A DNA stretch of 64,000 nt from a virus, in the IMG/VR virus record IMGVR_UViG_3300034069_001161, positions 1 through 64,000 of that record; one strand, given 5' to 3'. Shown here in pieces: positions 50,101-60,155 of this stretch (positions are counted from its first letter, which is position 1; every line of letters starts with the position of its first letter). The position numbers and the translations under genes were made by a program. Below the pieces are notes generated by a model. It was not told the DNA's origin and did not search any database. It saw nothing but the letters and a program-made list of their open reading frames with translations.

Positions 50101-53100
50101 ATGTTCGCAGGCGCCAAGGGCGGTAGCTCTTCTTTCAAGCAGACCCCGGACAATCTCCGTTCGAACGACACGTTCGAAGCGGTGCTGGGCTTGTGCGTCG
50201 GACCGATCAAGGGACCAGTCCGCGGGCTCAAGTCGATCAAGCTAGACGGCACCCCGATCGAGAACGAAACCGGCGAGCTGAACTACCAGAACTTCGCGGC
50301 TCCCTTCGCCGACGGCGACCCGCTGAAGTTTCCGCAGCGAGTCAATCTCAAGCTCGGCGCCGGTGCGTCGCCGGTGCAGGTTGGTCTGACCCTGACCAAT
50401 GCCGGCGGCAGCAACCCGGTATGGGCGACGCGAACGCTCACCAACCGGAACGCCGATTACGTCGATATGCGCTTCGTTGCGCAGCAGCTGTTCTCGCAGA
50501 CCGCCAAGGGCATCTTCGACGCTACGGCGACCATCGAGATTCAGATGAAGCCGGTGGGGTCTACGACTTGGATCAACCCCACGCTGACGAACAGCTCACA
50601 GTCGACCTATCAGGAGCAAGGGCTGGTTTCGTCGGTAGGTCGAATCTATCTCCCGCGCTCGCTGTACGACGACAATGGTTACGCCAAGGTCGGCAATCAG
50701 AACTATGCGATCACCGGCAAGACCAACTCGCCGGCGGTTTATGAGCTGCGCATCAGCCTGCCCAACGAGGGCGCGTACGCCAACACGGCGTGGGACATCC
50801 GCGCACGCCTGCTGGAGCGTGACAGCTACACCGGCGGCAAGGATAATACCGATCAGGAGAAGCGCACCATTTCGTGGGAGTCGATGGCTGCCGTTTATTC
50901 GGGCGTCATGGGCGAGCATGAGGACTGGCGCGGACTGGCGTGGCTGCAGCTCTACGGCAAGGCTTCCGATCAGCTGACGGGTGTGCCCGAAGTCACGGGC
51001 GTCTACGACACCAAGATCGTCTCGGTGCCGACTTCCAACATCTACAACCCTGACACCCGTCAGTACATCTCCGGCGTATGGGACGGATCATGGACGAAGG
51101 CGTTCACGACCGACCCGGCTTGGATCATCAGCGACGCGATCAGCGACGAGTTGTCGGGAATCAGCCTGATCGCACCCGGCTCCTATCTTAACAAGTGGGA
51201 CGCTCTCGATCTGTCGAAATGGTGCTCGGAGCTGGTCCCGGACGGCAACGGCGGCACCCATCCTCGCTACAACCTGAACCTGTCGACCTCGACGCCGCAA
51301 AAGGCCGAGGAGTTTATTCGCTACTTGGCCGGCGCGGTCGGCGCGCTGGCGTGGGATCAGGGCGACGGCGAGTGGCGTGTGAAGGTCGATAAGGCCGATG
51401 CGCCGAGCGATATCTTCACGCTCGACAATATCGAGGGCGAGTTCAGCTATAGCCACACCGATGTCGATACCCGCTTCAACGATATCGTCGGCAAGTTCAA
51501 GAACGAAGAGATGGACTACCGCGAGGACGGCGTCCAGCTCTACGACAACACCTCGATCGCCAATATCGGTCGAAAGCCGACGACCATCGCGCTGGTCGGT
51601 TGCACCAATCGGCAGGAGGCGATGCGTCGCGTCAAGCTGCGCTTGCGCTCGACCGTCAACGAGACCCGCGTGGTCACCTTCACCACCAATCGGCGTGGTC
51701 GCAACATCGAGCAGCTCTCCACTATTCTGATCGCCGACGGCGATTTGGGTGAGCTGGAGAAGCGTACGACCGGCCGGACGGTGGCCGTCGCGGCTGATCG
51801 CAAGTCGATCATCGTTCGTGATCCGATGTACATCGCGCCCGGCGTGGCCTACAAGATGTGGTTCACGATTCCGAACCCGGACTATAGCCCGGAGACCGCG
51901 ACCCAGCCGACCACGTCCAACTGGACCAAGCCCACCATTTCGCTCACGCGATCGGTCATCAACAGCTCGACCCAGCGCGGCGCCGTCACGACGATTTATC
52001 TTAGTGAGGCGCTTCCGGCTACGATTGCTGACAATCTCTCGGTCGCCTTGGAGGCCACCAACCTGCCGACGATGCCGCGCCTGTTCCGCGTCACCGGCGT
52101 CGAGCTTCAGCCGGACGGCGAGCGCGTGGCAATCTCGGCGATCAATATCGATACCGAGAAGTGGAGCGCCTCCGACAACGTCTCCAAGCAGGACACCGTC
52201 TTCCAAGATCTGCGCGGCGCGGTGACGCCGCCAACGCTGGTGCCGGGCGCGCCGCTGCTCTCGCTCTATCGAGTTCCGATCGAGCAGGGCAGCCAGGTGA
52301 ACCTGCAGGCGAGCTGGGTGCGCCCGACAGGCGCGTTCAACTCCGGCTTCCGGGTGCAGTACAGCATCAACGGCGGAGCCCTGCAGACCGCCGTCGAGCG
52401 CCAGCAGACATCAACGTGGGAGCTGGCCAACGCTGGTCCCGGCAATTATCATGTCGAAATCTGCACGATTGATCGACGCGGCGGCTACAGCCAGCCGTTG
52501 ATCGGTGATCTCGTGGTCGATCAGTCACTGATCGATGCCACCCAGGTCAAGTACAGTGGCGGCGAGACCCTAGAAGAGCGCAAGCCCGCGGAGAAGGGCG
52601 CGAACATCACCGAGACCCACAAGTCCGCGGACACTGGCGCGGTCTCGGGGCGACCGGCCACCCAGATCATCAGCGACGCGGATGCAGCGCGAGCAGCACT
52701 GGTCGATAGCACCGGCAAGCTCTACAAGATCAGCGACATTGTCGGCAACGTTACTGATCTTCAGAATACCTACGGTAACACCGTCTCGTCCAAAGCCTCA
52801 GCTGATGCAGCCAAGGCGGCGCAGACCGCCTCCGAGACGGCGTCGACAAATGCTGCCACCGCTCGTGATGCCTCGCAAGCTGCACGGGACGCTGCGAACT
52901 CTGCCGCCACCACGGCAGGTAGTGCCAAGACCGGCGCCGAAACCGCACGAGATCAGGCGGGTATTGCGCGCGATCAGGCAGGTAACGCCAACACACAGGC
53001 GCAGCAGCAGGCGAACGACGCACGCATCTCGGCAACCAGCGCGAGTGGCTATGCCTCGACCGCGAGCGGCTCGGCGACGATCGCGACACAGAAGGCCGAT

Positions 53101-56100
53101 GCGGCCGGCAGCTCGGCGACCAATGCCAAGGCGAGCGAGGACAGCGCACGAACGCAGGCGGGGTATGCCTCTACGAGTGCCACGCAGGCTGCGACCAGCG
53201 AGACCAACGCGGCTGGCTCCAAGAATGCCGCAGCGACTTCGGCCACGGTGTCTGCGTCGAGCGCCAATGACGCGGCGGGTGCGGCGCTCACCAATAACGC
53301 GTCGCCTGCTGCCGCGCCGGGTCTTTGGTACACGACGTGGGGTAACTTCGCTCCTGCCTCTACGGTGCCGACCGAGCTGCTCAGCAAAATGCTCGTCAGT
53401 AACCCGACGCGGTATGCACTGGTCAACGGGCGACTGCGCGTGTCGAACAACGCACAGGCTTACGTCACACCGTCTAAGCCCACGCCGTTCGTCAAAGGCC
53501 GTCGCTACCGCTATCGAGGTGCCATGCGTGCGGTGGCCGCTGGCGACTCGTTCGAGGGCCTGATCGTCGGCTTTGACAAAGACGGAAACAGCTTGGGTTA
53601 CAGCTATTTTAGCGGTGCCGCGCTAACGACGGCAGCCGATACCGTCTTCGAGTTCACGTTCAGCAGCGACGCGATGGCCTATCCAGCCAGCCTCACGCTG
53701 CTCGGCGGCTACGACCAGACCAATCGCGACAAGATCGCGTACTTCCTGCCAACGATCATCGCTCGTGGTTCTGGTAACAATAATACCGCCGTCACCGAGA
53801 TCATCTCGATGAATGTGGTGGACGTGGAAAGCGAAATCGCCGCCGCCGCTTCGGCTAGCGCCTCGGCGACCTCCGCCTCGCTCGCAAGCACCAAGGCCGA
53901 TGCAGCGGGCGTCAGCGCGACCAGCTCGCAGACTTCGGCGACCAATGCTTCGACCTCTGCCGGGCAGGCCCAAACGTTCGCGACCAGCGCTTCAACTTCT
54001 GCCACGAATGCAGGCACTTCGGCCAATACCGCATCCACGCAAGCGGGGGTCGCGGCGTCATCGGCTACCTCCGCAACCGCTGCCGCGCTCGCCTCACTGC
54101 CCCAGTCGTTCGACCCCATCGGCTGGATGGATGGCGTAGTTTATGGCGACGATCCCCGCACGTACCCGGCCGCAACCGGGTTGACCAAGAGCGGCACGGG
54201 CTGGCTGGTCGACGGCGCGCACGAGATTTCCTCTCGCTGGATCGTGCCGGTCACCCCCGGCAACACCTATCAGGTGACGCTTGATTACGATGCCGTATCG
54301 GGATCGGCTGCCACGAGCAGCGGCGTCGGCGGTCGTCTGTTCGTCAACAACCGAAATGCCAATGGCATCTACGTCGGCGGGCAACCCGCTGTCGTGTTCA
54401 ACCCGCTTGCGGGCGGTCAAATCGTTAACACGGTCACGCCATCGGCAGGTGTCTACTCGTACAACGTCTATATCATCGCTGACGCCGACAATCACAACGC
54501 CAACGTCAAGATGCTGCTCAAGAAGATCAGCGTCGTCGATGTCACGGCTCGCAACGCTGCACAGACGGCGGCGACGGCAGCGGCCGGCTCGGCATCGACG
54601 GCATCGACCAAGGCCGATCAGGCGGGGCAGTCGGCGACAGCGGCATCAGCGTCGGCGACGAGCGCACAAACCGATGCGGGCAAAGCCAGCACGTCCGCAA
54701 CGCAGGCATCGACGAGCGCGACCAACGCACTCGGATCGCAGAACTCGGCTGCGTCATCGGCCACCGTTGCCGCGTCGACGCGAGACACCGCGATCAACAC
54801 GGTTGCGAGCCAGTTTCCCGCGACCGTCGACAGCGTTGGTACGGGCTACACGCCCAGCCCCTACGGAACACTATCCGGAGCGCCGCTCTACCCCGCGGCT
54901 GCGATCACCAACAGCGGAGGTCGCTACGGTATTGCGATCGCCAACTACGGGAATACCTACGGCTACACTCAACAGCTGGTCGCCGGCGACACCGGCCGCA
55001 TCTACGAGGTCACCGCGGAGCTGGAGTGGACCTCCACTCCCTCTTCCGGTGATATCGCCACTGCACTGGCGGCATTGTCGTTCGATGGCTCGTTCAATCT
55101 GCTTTCAGATGATCGCCCGCCTGTTATCGCCGGCTACAGTCGTACTCTCGGCATCTACAGGGTCACCGGACGGTTCGCGAAGGTCGCGGATGCTATTAAC
55201 GGCATCACGGCTTGGAACCCCAGCGCCAAGTATGTGCGGTTCGGCACCCAAGCCTACTCGAACGCCAGTCCGTTCACCTATCGACTGCTCGGTTTGGCTG
55301 TTCGAGATATTACCTCCCAGATCGCCGCCAAGGGATCGGCGGATGCGTCAGCCACCAGTGCCTCCAGCGCGGCGGCTAGTAATACGGCAGCAGGCCAATC
55401 CGCATCAGCCGCAAAGACCAGCGAGACCAATGCAAACACCTCGGCTGGTAGCGCGTCGACCTTCGCCACCAATGCCTCGACCTCGGCAACCAACGCTGCA
55501 GGTTCTGCCACGAACGCGCAGACCAGCGCCAGCAGCGCCAGTACGTCGGCGGGAGTTGCTGCTTCGTCAGCCAAAACGGCACAGACCTCTGCCAACTTCC
55601 CGATGAACTTCAGCCAGAAGGGCGCACTGTACGTCTCGGGCAGCTGGGGAGCTGGAGCAGCTCTTGCGGACGGGGATTTCATTACTGGCCCAAGTGGTTT
55701 CGCCTACTCGAAGTCGGGATATTTCTACGTCTCATATGCCCGTCCGATCGTGGGCAAACGCCGACTGCTCCGCTATCAGGCGCGACTACGGGCCGTTGGC
55801 GCTGACGGTAACTATTCACCCGATTATGAATACAGCAACAGCGGTACAGGCGCAGAGGGCGGAACCTATTCTGGCTTCACAGCGCTGCCGGTCTCGGCTG
55901 GCTGGGTCACGATCGACTATCTGATCGACAACCGGAACAGCGACACGATCTATTTTTGGCCTCAGCTTCGCGGCAACGCTGGCAATGGCGGTACGGTCCA
56001 GGTCGATTACTTCCGTGTGACGGATGTAACCGATCAGCAAGCCGCCGCCGATAGCGCGACCGCCGCAGCCACCTCAGCTTCCACCGCCTCGACCAAGGCT

Positions 56101-58065
56101 GATGCAGCGGGTACGTCGGCGACTGCCGCTAACCAAAGCCGGATTGACGCTCAAGCAGCGAACGGATCGGCACAGACCTACGCCACCAATGCTAACACCT
56201 CCGCGGTCAACGCTTCGGCATCGGCCTCGGCGGCACAGGCATCTGCCCTGATCTCGTCCAGCTATTCGGCCGCGTCGACCAATCTCAACGACAAGTTCGC
56301 GCTCTGGACTGACCCAGCGGCGTACCCATCGTCGTGGCAGACTTGGACGTCGGGGGGCAACTACCGAATCCAGCGACAGACCGGCCGCGGTAGCCCTTAT
56401 TCAATCCGAACTCTCAACGACAACGTCAACGTAAACAGTGGCTTCTACCAGAGTGTGCCGATTTTTCCCGGCAAGTGGGTGGTGGAGGTTGTTGCTGAAC
56501 TTGAAGGCGGCAGCTGGTACGGCGGGGGGGCCTATGTCGATGAAAGCGGCTCCGACATCAACTTCGCAACCCTCAAGGACGACGCCGGCAATGTCGGGCC
56601 GAACGTCACGGGAGTGCGAAGCTGGACTAAACTCGTTACCTTGACACGAACGGGGATGACCAACCTCTATGGCATGGTCGGTTGGCCGGATGGCTTCGGT
56701 CAGACGGAAGCCAAGTATATGCGCTGGTATAAGCTGGCGTTGCGTCCCGCTACATCGATGGAGATCAATGCCAACAAGGCATTGGCCGACAGCACCACTA
56801 ACACGGCCACTATTGCCTCTTTGTCCCAGACCGTAGCTACCGCTAATACCACTCTTGCGACGCGTGCTGATACTTTGGAAGCCAAGGCGGCAGTTACGGC
56901 TCCTAGTTACATTGTGAAGGCCCGAGGGAACAGTGCGACCTCTGCCGAAGACCCTGGTCTTTTCAATGGTAAGGGAGAGCGTATCGGCATTCTTCCGACG
57001 CGAAGTTACATGGTCTATGTTTGGAACGGGAACGGAAATTGGTTCTCGAAAGGCTATGACGTGTACGGTAGCACGCAAGATCGTACGGACATGACTAATC
57101 TCTTAAACGTCATTAGCACTGGTCAGATCATTGTTATCACTACCCACGATGAACCTAACAATGGTCATCTCGATCCAGCGTTGCGCGCGGCTATGGAGCG
57201 ATGCGGAGCGGGGTTGAAGTATTCTTCACCCAACTTCAAGAACCGCGGCGCATATATTCTCATCAGCACGGCTGGGATCGGTTACGGTGGTGGTAGTGAA
57301 TACTATGCAGGCAGCACAAACGACGCCTCAGACGCAACTATCAAGCGCAGCTTCTCCATTATCGGCGACGTGTTGGCCGGAGCTAGTAGCGACGGCGCGG
57401 CTGTCGCTGCTGTTACCGCTCGCGTCAGCACTGTCGAGGGCGTCGCCGCCACCGCGGCGGGCCGCACCGAAGCGTTCTTTACCAAGGAAGTGACCGCGGG
57501 CGGCGGCAGCGCTTTCATCAGCGCGCGTGCCAAGGACGACAATGGCAACTACACCTCGGATGTCTCGCTGGGCGGTACGAGCATCATGCTCTACAACCAG
57601 ACCAGTGGCGGCTATAAGCTGGCCATGCAGCTGTCCGGTGGCAATGCCCTGTTCACCGGTTCGCTCAACGTCGGAGCGATGATCCGCTTGGGGTCGGGCG
57701 CCGGCTGGCCGGTTGCGCTGCGGCAGCAGGACTTCCAAGTTGCCGACGGCGGATATATCGATTTCGGAACCGATCTTGGCGTACCGCCAGACTTCACGTT
57801 CAGCCAAAGCAACTTCGCAGTGTTGAACTCGGGCGAAACGTACAGCGTCACCGTAGATAATCCGACCTCAACCGGGGCAACGTTGCGCGCTAAGATCCTC
57901 ACCCCTGCCACCTCGCAGTCGGTGACCTTGAACAATCCCAGTTCGCCTGGAAGCGGTCCCGCCTCGCAGCAGGAGAAGGGCTCGAATCCTGACGCCTCCG
58001 ACGGTACGTACAACTTGGGCATATACTTTAGCGGAACTGCCTACTACTATAACGCTACACAGTAG
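50101..58065 (+). CDS. tail tip/host-specificity protein: lambda J-like N-terminal part plus long modular fibre (2654 aa)
   Basis: The N-terminus SNDTFEAVLGLCVGPIKGPVRGLKSIKLDGTPIEN is J-like. There are five Ala/Ser/Thr-rich linkers alternating with beta domains, and a DUF1983-like segment near the C-terminus (AFISARAKDDNGNYTSDVSLGGTSIMLYN). Confidence 0.85.
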   Translation: MFAGAKGGSSSFKQTPDNLRSNDTFEAVLGLCVGPIKGPVRGLKSIKLDGTPIENETGELNYQNFAAPFADGDPLKFPQRVNLKLGAGASPVQVGLTLTNAGGSNPVWATRTLTNRNADYVDMRFVAQQLFSQTAKGIFDATATIEIQMKPVGSTTWINPTLTNSSQSTYQEQGLVSSVGRIYLPRSLYDDNGYAKVGNQNYAITGKTNSPAVYELRISLPNEGAYANTAWDIRARLLERDSYTGGKDNTDQEKRTISWESMAAVYSGVMGEHEDWRGLAWLQLYGKASDQLTGVPEVTGVYDTKIVSVPTSNIYNPDTRQYISGVWDGSWTKAFTTDPAWIISDAISDELSGISLIAPGSYLNKWDALDLSKWCSELVPDGNGGTHPRYNLNLSTSTPQKAEEFIRYLAGAVGALAWDQGDGEWRVKVDKADAPSDIFTLDNIEGEFSYSHTDVDTRFNDIVGKFKNEEMDYREDGVQLYDNTSIANIGRKPTTIALVGCTNRQEAMRRVKLRLRSTVNETRVVTFTTNRRGRNIEQLSTILIADGDLGELEKRTTGRTVAVAADRKSIIVRDPMYIAPGVAYKMWFTIPNPDYSPETATQPTTSNWTKPTISLTRSVINSSTQRGAVTTIYLSEALPATIADNLSVALEATNLPTMPRLFRVTGVELQPDGERVAISAINIDTEKWSASDNVSKQDTVFQDLRGAVTPPTLVPGAPLLSLYRVPIEQGSQVNLQASWVRPTGAFNSGFRVQYSINGGALQTAVERQQTSTWELANAGPGNYHVEICTIDRRGGYSQPLIGDLVVDQSLIDATQVKYSGGETLEERKPAEKGANITETHKSADTGAVSGRPATQIISDADAARAALVDSTGKLYKISDIVGNVTDLQNTYGNTVSSKASADAAKAAQTASETASTNAATARDASQAARDAANSAATTAGSAKTGAETARDQAGIARDQAGNANTQAQQQANDARISATSASGYASTASGSATIATQKADAAGSSATNAKASEDSARTQAGYASTSATQAATSETNAAGSKNAAATSATVSASSANDAAGAALTNNASPAAAPGLWYTTWGNFAPASTVPTELLSKMLVSNPTRYALVNGRLRVSNNAQAYVTPSKPTPFVKGRRYRYRGAMRAVAAGDSFEGLIVGFDKDGNSLGYSYFSGAALTTAADTVFEFTFSSDAMAYPASLTLLGGYDQTNRDKIAYFLPTIIARGSGNNNTAVTEIISMNVVDVESEIAAAASASASATSASLASTKADAAGVSATSSQTSATNASTSAGQAQTFATSASTSATNAGTSANTASTQAGVAASSATSATAAALASLPQSFDPIGWMDGVVYGDDPRTYPAATGLTKSGTGWLVDGAHEISSRWIVPVTPGNTYQVTLDYDAVSGSAATSSGVGGRLFVNNRNANGIYVGGQPAVVFNPLAGGQIVNTVTPSAGVYSYNVYIIADADNHNANVKMLLKKISVVDVTARNAAQTAATAAAGSASTASTKADQAGQSATAASASATSAQTDAGKASTSATQASTSATNALGSQNSAASSATVAASTRDTAINTVASQFPATVDSVGTGYTPSPYGTLSGAPLYPAAAITNSGGRYGIAIANYGNTYGYTQQLVAGDTGRIYEVTAELEWTSTPSSGDIATALAALSFDGSFNLLSDDRPPVIAGYSRTLGIYRVTGRFAKVADAINGITAWNPSAKYVRFGTQAYSNASPFTYRLLGLAVRDITSQIAAKGSADASATSASSAAASNTAAGQSASAAKTSETNANTSAGSASTFATNASTSATNAAGSATNAQTSASSASTSAGVAASSAKTAQTSANFPMNFSQKGALYVSGSWGAGAALADGDFITGPSGFAYSKSGYFYVSYARPIVGKRRLLRYQARLRAVGADGNYSPDYEYSNSGTGAEGGTYSGFTALPVSAGWVTIDYLIDNRNSDTIYFWPQLRGNAGNGGTVQVDYFRVTDVTDQQAAADSATAAATSASTASTKADAAGTSATAANQSRIDAQAANGSAQTYATNANTSAVNASASASAAQASALISSSYSAASTNLNDKFALWTDPAAYPSSWQTWTSGGNYRIQRQTGRGSPYSIRTLNDNVNVNSGFYQSVPIFPGKWVVEVVAELEGGSWYGGGAYVDESGSDINFATLKDDAGNVGPNVTGVRSWTKLVTLTRTGMTNLYGMVGWPDGFGQTEAKYMRWYKLALRPATSMEINANKALADSTTNTATIASLSQTVATANTTLATRADTLEAKAAVTAPSYIVKARGNSATSAEDPGLFNGKGERIGILPTRSYMVYVWNGNGNWFSKGYDVYGSTQDRTDMTNLLNVISTGQIIVITTHDEPNNGHLDPALRAAMERCGAGLKYSSPNFKNRGAYILISTAGIGYGGGSEYYAGSTNDASDATIKRSFSIIGDVLAGASSDGAAVAAVTARVSTVEGVAATAAGRTEAFFTKEVTAGGGSAFISARAKDDNGNYTSDVSLGGTSIMLYNQTSGGYKLAMQLSGGNALFTGSLNVGAMIRLGSGAGWPVALRQQDFQVADGGYIDFGTDLGVPPDFTFSQSNFAVLNSGETYSVTVDNPTSTGATLRAKILTPATSQSVTLNNPSSPGSGPASQQEKGSNPDASDGTYNLGIYFSGTAYYYNATQ

Positions 58066-58073
58066 GAGCCGAC

Positions 58074-58406
58074 ATGGCCCGGTACGACGCATATGTGAAC
58101 GCCACCTTCAACGTCTACGTCCGAAAGGCCGGAGCGTGGACTCAGATAGGACAGGTGACCGGAGTGTTCTACGGAAGTAAGACGAACAACGCCGCTTCGG
58201 CCGCGTATGGAAAGACCTCGTTCTCCAATATTCAGCTGGGAACTGGGATCGAAGCGTTTGGAATAACTCTCGCCAGCGTGGATGGTGGCACCGTGTCAAG
58301 CTATCGCCTCGACAGCGTCAGCTGGACGGCAAGCGGAGCACCCAGCGGCGTCCGATCGGCGCTTCCAAACGGGGCCAGAACGACAGTGACGGTGAGGCCG
58401 AAATGA
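58074..58406 (+). CDS. hypothetical protein (110 aa)
   Basis: ORF track. AGGAG RBS. Confidence 0.6.
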   Translation: MARYDAYVNATFNVYVRKAGAWTQIGQVTGVFYGSKTNNAASAAYGKTSFSNIQLGTGIEAFGITLASVDGGTVSSYRLDSVSWTASGAPSGVRSALPNGARTTVTVRPK

Positions 58407-58822
58407 TACGGACCTATGAAGATCATCTGCGCGAGCGCGGCAAGGTCACGACCGATTTTTTCACCTGCCCGAGTTGCGGCAAGGAGAACTTGGCCGCCTT
58501 CACTATCGTTGAGCGAGCGAAGAACGACTGGGTGTGCTCGGACTGCTTCCTCAGAGAAGTCGAAGCCAGCCGCCCCGCCGTCTCGCTGCCGCCGTGGGAG
58601 ACCGAGACGGCCAACCATGTCCGCGCGGTTCGGATCCAGTTGCAAGAACGATGGCGCTGGGCGGTGATGCCCGATAGCCCGCTCAATCAAGCAGCACAAG
58701 CACGGGTCATGCGGTTCTTGAAATTGCTCAACACGCTGACGATCGACTATACATCGCCCGAAGATGTGATATGGCCGGTCGACCCTACCCTGAATGGAGA
58801 TGACTATGACCCCGATGCTTGA
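58403..58822 (+). CDS. zinc-ribbon protein (139 aa)
   Basis: CPSCGKEN...CSDCF. ATGA coupling. Confidence 0.6.
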   Translation: MIRTYEDHLRERGKVTTDFFTCPSCGKENLAAFTIVERAKNDWVCSDCFLREVEASRPAVSLPPWETETANHVRAVRIQLQERWRWAVMPDSPLNQAAQARVMRFLKLLNTLTIDYTSPEDVIWPVDPTLNGDDYDPDA

Positions 58823-59264
58823 ATTGATGCTCGCCGACGGTCGTGAGCTGGACGTGCCGTCCGGCTCGATCGTGATGTTCGAGGAGATGAAAGAGGGAAA
58901 GAACCCCAACTTCCCGAATGCTCGATCTTTCATCCGATACGCGCTCGGCGAAGACCTGCGAACGGCGATCGTCTCGACGAAGGTCGAAGATATGATCTTT
59001 GATCTTGGGATCAACACTGCGGCGCCGGGGCGGTGGCTGCGTCTGACGAAGAAGTCCGGTGAGCGCATCGTCCTGCTCGTCGGTAACGTGGTGAGCAGAA
59101 TGGCGATGGCCGAGGGGTGCGAAATCTCCTACGTGGTCGGCCGCGATACCGAGAGCGTCGAGGTGAGTGAATCCCGACGCGAGGTAAAGAAATGGTCGGA
59201 GGCCGGCGAGACGGGCCGCCCCGAAGGCCTCGTCGAATTGCCCGTCCCCGAGGAGAATCGATAA
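58806..59264 (+). CDS. hypothetical protein (about 152 aa; start 58794-58815 uncertain)
   Basis: GGAG (58796..58799) lies 6 nt before ATG 58806. Confidence 0.55.
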   Translation: MTPMLELMLADGRELDVPSGSIVMFEEMKEGKNPNFPNARSFIRYALGEDLRTAIVSTKVEDMIFDLGINTAAPGRWLRLTKKSGERIVLLVGNVVSRMAMAEGCEISYVVGRDTESVEVSESRREVKKWSEAGETGRPEGLVELPVPEENR

Positions 59265-59605
59265 TGGCCGAACCTTCCACCACCAGCGGTGTTCAACCGC
59301 TCACCGAGGCCGAGCAGAAGACGCTCGATGAGCTGACCAAGCGTCGCGAAGACGCAGCTTTCGCCCAGGCGGAAGAGGATCGAAAGGCGCGGCTGGCCGC
59401 GATGGCACCGATCGAGACCCTGCTCAAGCTTGTCAACACCGACAAGGTGCGCGAAGCGTGCGACTCGCTCGTCAACGACAAGGCGATCGACTTCACCAGC
59501 AAGCAGCTGGTCACCAACTTCCGGCAGAGCCTCGACTATAATCTCGGGACACTCGCCACCCAACTGGCGACGCTGTCGACCCCCGCGGTGCGAACCGCGG
59601 CATAA
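59264..59605 (+). CDS. hypothetical helical protein (113 aa)
   Basis: Trimmed to ATG 59264 (GAGGAG upstream, TAATG coupling). Confidence 0.55.
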   Translation: MAEPSTTSGVQPLTEAEQKTLDELTKRREDAAFAQAEEDRKARLAAMAPIETLLKLVNTDKVREACDSLVNDKAIDFTSKQLVTNFRQSLDYNLGTLATQLATLSTPAVRTAA

Positions 59606-59609
59606 CGAA

Positions 59610-59637
59610 AAGGGCGCCCCGCGGGGCGCCCTTCTTG
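59610..59637. terminator. bidirectional intrinsic terminator between convergent operons
   Basis: AAGGGCGCCC-cgcg-GGGCGCCCTT with an A run upstream and CTTCTTGT downstream. Confidence 0.75.
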
Positions 59638-59639
59638 TA

Positions 59640-60155
59640 TCAGCCGAACTTACCGTCCGGGGTCCATCGCCGGACCATGTCGCCGGCCGCGCCCGGCGCC
59701 GGCCGATCGTCCGACAGGTTACCCGTCTCGCGCGCGTCCAGCAGGATCGCGCAGCACGCCGAGGCGTGGCCGAGATGATGGACACCGCTGGTCGGATCGA
59801 TGTCCTCGCCGTCGAGGAACTGCTGGAGGTGGCGCATCGCCGCCGCCACGTAGACGCGGGCGAGCACCGCGTTCTCGCGCCAGTTGTAGGGGCCGTACTT
59901 GGCCGCGCCGTCCATCATCGCCGAGGCCGTGTGCAGCAGCGCGGCCGGCGGCACGAGGCTCAGGTCCGGCTTCTTGGCGCCGAGCAAGTCCTTGGGGTTG
60001 ATGCCAACGACCGCAGTGCCGGGATGGGCATCATCCGGTCGCGTCTCAACCGTTCCGGTAATGTCGATCGGCTGGGGCACCGCGATCCCCTCGTCGGCGA
60101 GCGCCTTCATCGGGTCGAAGATGGCGTCCTCGCCAAGGTGGTGATGTTCGGTCAT
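59640..60155 (-). CDS. MazZ/DUF5664-like (MazG-type) dNTP pyrophosphohydrolase (171 aa)
   Basis: Trimmed to ATG 60155 (GGAGG upstream; ATGA coupling with thyA). [28 protein letters not shown]...[28 protein letters not shown] matches the GA-KYG--NW ... RH ... GE--D--SG--HL-H pattern. Confidence 0.65.
   Translation of the reverse strand: MTEHHHLGEDAIFDPMKALADEGIAVPQPIDITGTVETRPDDAHPGTAVVGINPKDLLGAKKPDLSLVPPAALLHTASAMMDGAAKYGPYNWRENAVLARVYVAAAMRHLQQFLDGEDIDPTSGVHHLGHASACCAILLDARETGNLSDDRPAPGAAGDMVRRWTPDGKFG

Noticed and set aside
59640-60155. A claim of a 2-aminoadenine (Z) genome based on the MazZ-like gene.
   Set aside because: No PurZ (adenylosuccinate-synthetase-like, GDEGKGK motif) or DatZ (HD) gene is present in the 64 kb examined. 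DUF5664 proteins also occur in phages with normal DNA.
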